From NCBI RefSeq assembly GCF_009914755.1, contig NC_060938.1: DNA of 64,000 bases; one strand, 5' to 3'. Positions 49,064 to 64,000 of the stretch are shown here, piece after piece. Origin of the DNA: the human T2T-CHM13v2.0 reference genome, Homo sapiens. Every line of letters starts with the position of its first letter. Within the stretch, counting starts at the first letter, position 1. The notes under the pieces are model-generated. The model searched no databases. It was not told the origin of the DNA and saw only the letters and a program-made list of their open reading frames with translations. Both the position numbers and the translations under genes were made by a program.

Positions 49064-49124
49064 CTTCACACACTATCTCAGGCAGAGAACTGCACCCTTC
49101 TCTGCTACTTCCAACCACTGAGTT
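49064..49124 (-). CDS. NIN: 61-nt frameshifting cassette exon (NSVVGSSREGCSSLPEIVCE), matching the neuron-specific ninein exon
   Basis: Pyrimidine tract plus cctag acceptor, GAAG/gtagaa donor, exactly 61 nt, open in phase 0; inclusion continues DAAPEVHCDA* to the TAG at 47831-47833. Confidence 0.85.
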
Positions 49125-49372
49125 CTAGGTACAGGTTAGCCACAGACAAGACAAAAAGAAGAGAAAATTACAGGAGTTAGAGAAAAGTATGAGTAATAAA
49201 AAGAGAAAGAACAGTACTAATTAGGTCTATTATATACATGAATAAGAGCATATGAAAGACACATTTTTCTGTATATAAATTTACAGACATTAAAATGTCT
49301 TACAACTCTAATTCTGCAAGTGCATCTTCACTTACTGTATCCTATTTGTGCCCCGCCCAATATAATGATTTA

Positions 49373-50093
<721 letters not shown>

Positions 50094-50849
50094 TTAGCTA
50101 TCATAGAGGTACACAAGAGACTCGAGAACTGCTGATATAGTCTGTAACCCTTTTGTTGAGTGTTCAAAACAAACTTATTGAACCGCTCATGTTGAAAAAG
50201 CTCCGAAGTAGGCGTCAAATTCTAGCCCTAATTTTCTTCTTTACCTAGTCTAGTGATCTGTGATCTTTAATTACAGTGGGGGGATGTGTTATGTTAGAAC
50301 CGTGACTGTTAAACTAGTATATAGAGATGAGAGACTACTTCCCCCAAGGGAGTGCACATATCAGGTTAGAACCATGAAGACAGCTGTGCTCAAATCCCCT
50401 GAATCCAGAGATTCTGATATAGAAACCTGTCCCTGCCCAGCCTGCCACCCGTTGCCCCAATCAGGTAAGAATCCCTGCCAGAGTGAGAAGGAATGTACCT
50501 ATCCCTCAGGTGAGCTGGGACACACTGTGCATCCCCCAAATTAACCTACTCTATAGGTATCATACTATAAATAAAAATCCAATTTGTAGCGCTGGAGAGG
50601 GGGAATGGTTAATGCTTAATAGCTACAGCCGAGTGATGAACAGGTTTTGGAAGGAGTGGTAATGGTTGTAGGATGTTGTGAATTTAATGAATGCCACTGA
50701 ATTGTACATTTTTAAATGGTTAAAATGGCAAATTCTATGTTAGGTATATATTTATCACAGGTTAAAAATTAATATACTAAAAACCATTGAATTGTACACC
50801 TGAAATATGCGAACTACATAATATGTGAATTATACCTCAATAACACTGT

Positions 50850-53124
<2,275 letters not shown>

Positions 53125-53654
53125 ACAAATACATTTTCATAGTGATCAGATGTACCTCTCACAAGGCAGTCCTGAGTTCTAAATGTAGTAATGAAGAATA
53201 GCAGCACTTGAAATTAAAACTTCCAAATGTTAATGCTCTCAAATTTCCCACATGGATTTCCCAACTGAAGAGGGTGCTAGAGATCAATCATGTCTATAAA
53301 ATGCTGCAATATAGGAGGGATCAGTGAACTGGTATAAACATGGTGATGGCAAGAGTGCTCAGGGCCCCTTGGCTAATCAGAGAGTCCCTGCCCCCTGAAT
53401 TTGCAGAGGTACAGGTCTTTGCATTTTAGGTCATCATTATTACTTACTCTGAAAAGCAGTATGGCTTCCTATGGCAGTATAATGAAGCAAAGTTGTCTGT
53501 TAAACTTGGTAAGGCGGACCAAAGAATTCAACTTGGCAGTGTACTTAGATTTTCACAACGGGAATTCAATGCCATGTCTAGTCTCTCCCAACAAATACCT
53601 CATTCATGGATTAACATATTCTTCATAGCTAAGGCCATCTGCTGAGAAACTTAC

Positions 53655-53756
53655 CTCCATGAGCTGCTCATCCAGTTTTACTTGTTTCTTTTTCAGGCCT
53701 TCATTTTCCAAATGAATTGTTTCTAATTCTTGTTCAAGGGAATTCATCTGACTGAC
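53655..53756 (-). CDS. NIN: Ninein exon (VSQMNSLEQELETIHLENEGLKKKQVKLDEQLME)
   Basis: 102 nt, acag acceptor and gtaag donor, phase 0. Confidence 0.95.
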
Positions 53757-54263
53757 CTGTTTAAAAAAAACAAAATATTCCCTTGAAACAGAAACAAAAA
53801 CACTTGAGTTGTTCTACTTTATTTTGACAAATCTGTGCTTGTCAGAAATCTCAACTCTTGGAAGAAAGCCAAGTTAATTCAGTGACAAACAAATAATACA
53901 ATTCAGTGTATTGCTTACATTTAAGTAATCTAGTTTTAATCACCTGTCCTCACACAGAATAGATTCCTTAAGGCAGCTGGCTTTTAAACTTGGATGCCAC
54001 CCACTGTAAGAAATACGTTTTATCTTACAACGCAGTACACACACCCACACATATGTACAGTACATATCACTGAAATATCCTTACCATGGACCATGTACTC
54101 TGATATTTTGTAGTATATTAATAAAAAATGCTGGTTTCCATTAAATTGATTTCATTATCCTCTACTATGGATCTGCAGCAGGAAAAATACTGTCTTAATG
54201 CAAACTTAAAGGCTTAAAATTGAGAGTACATAAAACCTGATTTATATAACTTTTTAATTTTAA

Positions 54264-54574
<311 letters not shown>

Positions 54575-55129
54575 CTCACTTTTATAACTCTTTACTACAG
54601 GAAGAACCTAGTGAGCTAGAGGACACCGAGTCAGAATATTGCTCAGTAAAAAACATACAACACTATCTTAGAAAGCTGATTTTGCTTCTATCAAAAAGAG
54701 CTGAGGAGAACAGCAAGAATTGTGAAACAGAAGTGTAGTCTTCCAGGTCCATTTTAAACTTCAGTATTATTAAAAGCCTATCACAGACTTTTCTCCCCCT
54801 AATGAGCAGCTAAATGAAACCCATTTTCTTTCTGCAAAGTTTACTTGAATGTACCTGAAATTAAATGACATTTCAGCTTTAGAGCACAACCAGGTCTTCT
54901 TACTGCAAATGGTCATGATAACTTTCACAAAAAACAAAAATTTTATGAATATTTTATAATGAAATATTTTTCTCAGATTTCTAAACAGACCATATTTTTT
55001 ATAAAGAGGTAATAGTGAAAACTGAGTTTCAGTTTAGAAAAAGAAAAGTAACAACTCTGAGAAGTCTGGTCTAGAACTCTAACTTCATGGGACAAATTAC
55101 AGAAAGCAAACTGATTGGCACTGCAGAGG

Positions 55130-55635
55130 TGTGACCAGGGGGTAGCCAGCCTCCAAGAGGCCTCAAAGAGCCCCACCTCCGGGTATTCACACCCTTATAC
55201 AGTCCTCTCCCACACTATACTAGGGTTAGTCTGCGTGACAAATACAGTGCAGCAGAAATGTTGGTATGTCACTCGCAGGATTAGATCATAAAGGGACCAC
55301 AGCTTCTGTCTTGGTCTTTCGGTCTCAGTGTCTGTTTCATCACTCCTTCTGGGGGAAGCCAGATGCTACACCCTGAGAAAAGGCCCAGGTAGTGAAGAGC
55401 TGAGGTCTCAGGCAAGCAGCCAGCAAGGAACAGCAGCCTCTTGCTAACAGTTGTACAAATGAGCTTGTAAAGTAGATCCTCTAGCCCCAGTGAAGCGTTC
55501 GGGTAACTGCAGGCCTGGCCAACATGTAGACTGCATCCTCATGAGAGCCCTGAGTTGGACCACCCAGCTAAGCTGCTTCTGAAATCCTGACTTGCAGATA
55601 AGACAAGAAATGTTGTTTTAATTTGTTACATAGCA
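55130..55635 (+). mobile_element. MLT1F-like LTR
   Basis: GCCAGCCTCCAAGA...CCACCTCC.GGTATTCACACCC start and AATTTGTTACATAGCA end. Confidence 0.65.
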
Positions 55636-55769
55636 AAAAAAAAAAAAAAAAAAAAAAAAGCCCATATTAAGATGTTTCTAATATTCGAGTGATAAATATT
55701 TTGCCAACTTATAAGGGCTTCTAATACTAATAAAGATGATTAATTGCCTTCTTTAAGAAGCTTAAATTG

Positions 55770-56080
<311 letters not shown>

Positions 56081-56276
56081 CAAACTGTTATTTTTTCAAC
56101 CATTATTCAATCAAAAAGAACCACGATGCTATTTTGACAAGATAACAGCATAAAGAGATACATGCCAAAATATGCCATCGTAATCATTTCCTTAGAAGTA
56201 CACCTGAGAAGAAACACACTTAAGAACGCATTATAGTGAGAACACAGATGTACGCCATATATTCTCAAAAACTCAC

Positions 56277-56423
56277 CTTCCTGTTAGCAGGAGATTGTTC
56301 TTTCTGAAACTGATCACACTCTCTCTTTAAGCTCAATTTTTCTTGCTCTGTGGGATTCATGGTACCTGATGGGTTTAGATGTTTTTGGTGCTTGGGAAGA
56401 AGATTGGATTCCAATTGACGGAC
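56277..56423 (-). CDS. NIN: Ninein exon (VRQLESNLLPKHQK...QSPANRK)
   Basis: 147 nt, ttag acceptor and gtgag donor, phase 0. Confidence 0.95.
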
Positions 56424-57444
56424 CTAACAGGAACAAATGTAAGAGGAAAAAATGCTAATACAATCACCCAGCCAGCAAAAACAACAAACATAGGGAAAGT
56501 TTTAATTCAGTACTTGGGTCCTGTTTAACATCCTTTTTCAATCAAGCCTGTAAATACTTGAAGCTAGCTTTTCTGGATTTCAAAAGACCCTTTCTAGGTG
56601 AGTCTGGTTGGGTCTGCAAACCCAGGACTGTAGGAACAAGACTGGGAAGAGGGGACTTCTGGGTCTACTAACTCTCCAGGAGTCAACAGTGTATGTGATG
56701 TGGCTGCCAGGAAAACAGGCACAGTGGTCCCAGGCCCTTTTTTTCTGACATGAACACTACTTTTAGGAGAGAATGGGCTGACAGTTCCCATCTGCTCTTA
56801 TTGGACTATTCACATCTAAAACAGTTCTACGAAGACATGAACCATGTCTGTCTTGCTCACCACTGCAGCATCCGTGATAGCAGTTTCTGGCATGGAGTAG
56901 GTGTTCTAACTAAATATCTGCGACTCTTCAGAGTTCCTCCTCAAAAGGGGTGTTAAGCATAGGTTAAATATCATTGGGAGACTATGCAGCAGAGGTAAGG
57001 AATTCAAGCACCAAGTTGGTGGTTGGAAAAGACCTTAAACCTTGAAATGCTGTCTTTTAAAGGAGGCACCTTTTTCTCTCGTGAGGAGTTATTTAGACCT
57101 GCAAGATCTGAGTCTAGTTTTACCATTTTTGTACTACTAGTCTTGGTGGCCAGCCAATTTGAAGACTATATGGTTCACATAATTTCCATGAGTCTATATT
57201 TTGGATATGAAGATTAAAGTCACAAATATATTTTAATATAAAACTGCTTATAAAAATATTTTATAAACATCAGGATAAAATTATATGTGAGTAAATGATA
57301 AATGATACATTCTTAAAATAAGTCTGCTATAGCAGGATACTCAAATCCATACCTTAGAACCATTCCAATCATATCCAACATTCATTTTCCTATCAAACTA
57401 GTCATTTTCAAACATATGCCATGATGTGCAGCTTCTCCAGTTAC

Positions 57445-57624
57445 CTTCTCCCGGGAGTGCGTGAGTTCGGCTTTGGTGTTCTGTACCATGGTCTGGAGCC
57501 TCTCATTCTCTTGCCAAAGCAGCTGCTGTTCCTCATTCATCAGATGATCCAACTTGTCCCAGGACAGCCTTTTCTGCTGGTTATGGAGCCCTGATGGATG
57601 AGTAGCTATCTCTGGGGCCCAGCT
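57445..57624 (-). CDS. NIN: Ninein exon (SWAPEIATHPSG...ELTHSREK)
   Basis: 180 nt, ttaag acceptor and gtaac donor, phase 0. Confidence 0.93.
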
Positions 57625-58252
57625 CTTAAGAGAATTGCAGAGTGTAAGCCTTAAAAACAAGCTATTGGGTAATTGCTGTTTTGAGACAGGTGTCATGTTT
57701 ACCCAATGACAACGACTCCTAATAAGTACCTTTCAATTGTCCCCTCAGTCTTCTAATGAAAGTATGTGTATGTACATATAAATATGAATAAAACAATATT
57801 CTTGAAGTTTGATTTAAACAAAAAGATTTGGAGAGTCTCTGTTTAAAATGGTCTTTGACAAAACAGCCATGTCATGTCCAATAATGAATATGACTGTAGG
57901 GCAAGGCCCAGTTCCATAAAGGACCCAAATGCATTGAGACTGGTGGCTTAAAAGTTGCTTCATTCTTACGAAGTTATCTTTAAGCCCAGAAGATATTCAT
58001 TTGATTCACAGAGGACATAAAGAGAAGGCTGAAATGCACTGCCAACTCAAAAGCTTTCACAGGCTAAACTCTACTTTCATTTTCACATATGCAATCATAT
58101 CCTTTTTTTAGAATCCAAAGCACATATTGTCCATGTAATTAACGTCTGAATTCAGAAATGTGCTTTCAGCTACCAAAGTGATTTTTTGGATCTTGAAAAT
58201 GATTTAAAAAATTAAAAAGATAACACAAATAGATAAGCCTCTTACCTTTTAA

Positions 58253-58918
<666 letters not shown>

Positions 58919-59722
58919 CCAAAACAACTAGTTTTTTTATAAAAAGTTTCACCAAGAGATAACTGAATGTGTCTACTTTTATTGTAGGACAAAATCTTGA
59001 CATCTGCCCCAAAATGACATCTATAACATTGTTCTTAATTTATTTGCACACAGATTAGGCAGCACTGTGACTTATTAAAATGAGACACTTTCTACCACAC
59101 CACCATAATGTGTCAGCCAGCTAACACTTTAATCAGCTCTTCCTGGACTTTCTGGTGCCATAGCAACCTATTTGTAGCAATGAATTATCTCCTGAAATTC
59201 AATACTATTGTTTTATGCCTTTTTAGCAGAAGCTGTACTTTTTTGCAAGTCTGTGTATAAGTTCCCAGATTAATTTCTTGCAATGTTTTTCTACATTTGA
59301 TTTTTTTTAAGGTCACACAAATACTTTTCTCTACCATTTAAGAAAATGTTTTAGTTTTGTTATTACAAAACTCAACTCAGCCATGGTCTTCTGACTTGCT
59401 CAATACAAAAAAAAGACCTGTTTTATATCACTATGGTTTCATTTATATGAAATTTAGAAAAAAGCATCCCTAAACTACAGTGGCAGAGGGTACAAAAGTG
59501 GTTCCCTTGGGGTTACCAACTGGAGGGAACAAGAGAGAGCCTGCTGAGTGCTGGAAATGTTCTACATTTTTATCTAAGTGATGGTTATACAAACACAGAT
59601 ACATAAAATATGCATATTTATATGTACATACATATACACATAAAAATAACCAAGTTGTAGTCCTAAGATTTGTATACTTTACTGTAAATAACTTATACCT
59701 AAATAAAAAAAGAACAAATCAC

Positions 59723-59869
59723 CTTGCCACCAGCATTCTGAAGTTGCTTATGTAAAGACATCACTTCTTGTTTTAAAGCCTCCTTTTCCTGCTGAGTCAC
59801 TCGTAGGTCAGATTTCATCCGGGACATTTGCAGGTTTACATTCTGCACGGTGTCTTCTAAATTCTGAAC
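59723..59869 (-). CDS. NIN: Ninein exon (VQNLEDTVQNVNLQ...LQNAGGK)
   Basis: 147 nt, acag acceptor and gtgat donor, phase 0. Confidence 0.95.
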
Positions 59870-60272
59870 CTGTATTGTGAGAATGATCTTTTACTGCTAC
59901 ACAAACTCTTGTGGTCTCACCTCTAGCATGTTCAGGAATGAATAAGGACAAAAGAACTTTCAAGTCTGTTTGTTTCTCTTTACTAAATCCAGCTTTCTTG
60001 TCAGTAGCTCAGTGGAAACCTAGGACAGTAGGTATATTTACAGGATGTTAAATTATATTTAGGACAATGATGAACTATGTCTGGAGCAAGGTATTGCTGA
60101 TAGTCATCTGGTAGATTACTAAATGGTATCTTACAATACCAATGGGTGCCAACTGGCATCACAAAAGATGGTTTCACTGAATTTTGTAGAAATTGTTTTA
60201 GCCTATGATGTTGGACTGTAAAGGACCCTCTTAGTTGCAAATAAAAATATATACTTGTAGAATCCTATTCTA

Positions 60273-60834
<562 letters not shown>

Positions 60835-61109
60835 TAAGACCTCACCTCTTAAAGAAGAATCCTATTTTACGCTAATACCGCATATAAATTCCAATTTTAA
60901 AAATTTAAATTCATAAAGGGAATGTTGATATAGATCTTCAAAATAGGGCATAAACTGCCTTAGAAGTCCTATCTATAAATTAGGAACAAGCAGTCATTTT
61001 TATGCACTATTCTCAAGCCTTCATAATTAATAAACTTTGATGGAAATATTTAAATTATTTTGCTGCAATGTTTGAAATATTATTTAAATCATTTTGTCAT
61101 ACTATATTT

Positions 61110-61400
61110 ACTTTTCTTTTTTTGAGATGGAGTCTCGCTCTGTCGTGCAGGCTGAAGTGTACTAGCATGATCTTGGCTCACTGCATCCTCTGCCTCTTAG
61201 GTTCAAACAATTCTCCTGCCTCAGTCTTTGGAGTAGCTGGGACTTAACAGGCACCTGCCACGACACCAGGCTTTTTTTTTTTTTAATTTTTAGTAGAGAT
61301 GAGGTTTCACCATGTTGGCCAGGCTGATCTCGAACTCCTGACCTCAAGTGATCTGCCCACCTCGGCCTCCCAAAGTGCTGGTGAGCCACCATGCCCAGCC
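61110..61400 (-). mobile_element. Alu (AluS)
   Basis: Alu consensus. Confidence 0.88.
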
Positions 61401-61557
61401 TTGCCACACTATAAACACACATCAAACATTGGTCAAATTGAATCATTTGGAACCCTCTTACGCTACTTCTACCTGGAACACTCTTTTTACCGGGATTTCT
61501 GTTGGAAGATCTAGGAGAATACTAACCGTGAAGATGAAACAAGAATTGTCCATGTAC

Positions 61558-61671
61558 CTTTTCCTGAGAAGCCACCAGCTGTGACTTTAAGCTCGCACTC
61601 TGATGTTCCCAGGATTTCTGTTCCTGCTTCATCGTCGCAATTCTATGCTCTAAAAGACTTGATTTTGCCAA
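61558..61671 (-). CDS. NIN: Ninein exon (LAKSSLLEHRIATMKQEQKSWEHQSASLKSQLVASQEK)
   Basis: 114 nt, acag acceptor and gtac donor, phase 0. Confidence 0.94.
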
Positions 61672-62384
61672 CTGTTTCAGGAAGGGAAAAAGAGGTAAGA
61701 GGGCATTTTTGCAAACATAGCTAGCCTTAATTTATATGCCTGCACTTACATTGTCAAGAACAAGTACCATCTATTTATGTAGGGGAGCAGGGCAAGGTCA
61801 AAGGAAATGGTCTTCCTGGCTCCAAATCAAGACAAACCAAAGACTGTTTTACACGTCTAATTTTGAGGAGTTGCTTCTTTTTGGAAATTTCCTATTTTTC
61901 TTTTCTATTGCCTCATGTTTTGAGGGTGGAAGATGGTAAGCTGGAAGGCCATTAAAAATCTCAAGAGCATACCATAGGAAGAAAACAGAATATCTCTTAA
62001 GGCAGGTGGGGAAAAAAGGTGGTGTTTTGGGATTTGCTAAAGAAGATAAAATAGAAAAAAAGTGTTTATCTATGAAATTGATCTCAGATTATTAAACACA
62101 TAATTTATATTATAACAAAATAGCGGTATAAAGTAGCACTGTGATGTGATAAGAAACATTTTGTATTATCGAGTTTAATAATATAATTAGTAAACAACTA
62201 ATTTAGACTTCATCAGTCTTGGCTGCAGGAAGTCTGGGGTCACAGAATGCCAAAGAAATGCTGCTCCAGGACACTCTGGAACAACAGACTACCACAGGAG
62301 GCCCCTGTGCCACTGTCCACAGAGAAAGGTTCATTATGGTGTGTATTGTATACGATGATGGTAAAGTCTTATTACTTCTACTAC

Positions 62385-62507
62385 CTTATCGACACAGCTA
62401 TTTAATTCCTCACTCAGAGCTTCCTTTTCTTTCAGCAGTTTTTCGTTGTAGCTTAGAACACTAGAGATTTTTTGCTGGAAGTCAGAGAGATCGGGACATC
62501 TGTGCAG
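62385..62507 (-). CDS. NIN: Ninein exon (LHRCPDLSDFQQKISSVLSYNEKLLKEKEALSEELNSCVDK); the gene continues beyond the window
   Basis: 123 nt, ttacag acceptor and gtag donor, phase 0. Confidence 0.94.
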
Positions 62508-62797
62508 CTGTAAGAGATAAACAAATGAGCCCTCCCATCACATCTCATGGCTGTAAGTACAAAGGGGTATTTCTAAATAGGGCATTTTCACAGCTGCTGC
62601 TATTTGCCTATCTGTGGATATTTCAGAGGACATAAACTCTAGCAGAGACTATAATAAACTTCAAGGATTCCCTTCTGGCTTCTCTCTGATTCCCAGTTGA
62701 CTGTTGAAATGTCTGCTTAGGTAGATTGAACCAGGCAGACATTGTTAAATAATGATCCTAGCTCTCCTTTTAAAAAACCAGTCAAGACTATAGAATT

Positions 62798-63085
62798 GGG
62801 CTGTGGGGGTGGCTCACACCTGTAATCCCAGCACTTTGGGAAGCCAAGGTGGGGAGGATCACTTGACCTCAGGAGTTTGAGGTCAGTCTGGTGAACATGG
62901 TGAAACCCTGTCTCTATTAAAAATAATTAGCCAGGCGTGGTGGTGCATGCCTGTAATCCTGGCTACTCAGGAGGCTGAGGCAGGAGAATCGCTTGAACCT
63001 GGGAGGCAGAGGCTGCAGTGAGCCGAGATGACTGCACTCCAGGCTGGGCGACAGAGACTCTGTCTCCAAAACAAAACAAAAAAAC
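62798..63085 (+). mobile_element. Alu (AluS)
   Basis: Alu consensus. Confidence 0.88.
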
Positions 63086-63299
63086 CCCCTAGAATTGGCA
63101 TGAACCACATACAAGTAACAACCCAAAGGCAAGTTTAAAGATAAAACCGTGTTTTCAGCTTGTTCCCTGTACTCTTCCTTTCAGAAGGTGCCTACGCTGA
63201 CTGGCCAGTAAAATGTTGTTGGTGCGAACATACTGGCTTTTCCTCTCCACTTCATGAAATCAAGACAAACCAAATACTGTTTTTTATTCGTCTTCAATA

Positions 63300-63530
63300 T
63301 CAGTGCTGGTACTAGTCTCATTTTGGGCTGGATAATTCTTCAGGCGTTGGGGGTCGCGGGGCATTCTGGACACTGTAGGATGCTTCACAGCGTCTCTGGC
63401 TTTACTCAAAAGATGGCAGTAACCCCCCACCTTCCAGTTGTGAAAACAAAAAATGTGCCCAGACATTGATAAATGTTCTGGGGCAGGAGAGCAATCCTCA
63501 CCCCTTCACCCTATTGAAAACCCATGCTTT
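63300..63530. mobile_element. MER20-like DNA transposon remnant
   Basis: ATTTTGGGCTGGATAATTCTT...CCAGTTGTGAAAACAAAAAATGTGCCCAGACATTG. Confidence 0.7.
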
Positions 63531-64000
63531 AAAGAGGCTGTTTCTTACACTTCTTAACCCTTTTCCATAGTTCATAGGTTTTTAACTTTCCTCTATTTCA
63601 CTTGACTCTTCAATTCTTTATTATCATTATGATTTTACGACCATCTTTCTACTTCCTGAACCTGAAATTCTTTCACATTTAGCTGTAGGAATAGTATGAC
63701 AAAACAGACTTTCAGGGTTCAATCTTGTCTTCAACTGGTGACAAATCCAGCATACCTTACAAATCTGAACAAGTCAGAAGGATATAGGAAAATGTATTTT
63801 GAAATACCTGGGCACTGGTTTAATAAAGGACCTTCTACTTTATCCACTGCCTTGTCTTCCTACCCTCCAGACACCCGTAAAGCTTGATACCATTTTGGAT
63901 GTCTGTAAACTGGCATGTAACTTTTGCTGATGCTATTTGTGTTTCCTTTCAGTGCAATAGATAACACAGATAGAAGTGCTTTGTGAACTATGAATCACGA

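Overview
Primate, almost certainly human, genomic DNA dense in Alu/L1/LTR repeats. Right half (about 37.9-64 kb): the 3' end of the ninein gene (NIN) on the minus strand. I read nine phase-0 coding exons (445 aa of C-terminal coiled coil), a 61-nt frameshifting cassette exon matching the neuron-specific exon, three alternative C-termini each with its own AATAAA, and a ~3.7-kb distal 3'UTR. Left half: intergenic, with an L1MA retaining both ends and its TSDs, a complete THE1 MaLR provirus, an L1PA13-16-like element, a ZFP64 processed pseudogene inside an MLT1 LTR, a young AluYa-type insertion, Charlie1 and MER1A DNA transposons, and many Alus. Most ORFs in the supplied track are repeat artefacts. 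I found no demonstrably new biological system. The best unexplained signals are a 76-nt near-perfect hairpin in the last NIN intron, a diverged local duplication with a conserved 46-bp core, the unexplained 5' leader of the ZFP64 retrocopy, and the NMD question raised by the 61-nt exon. Gene and repeat-family names come from recalled sequences, not from a database search.
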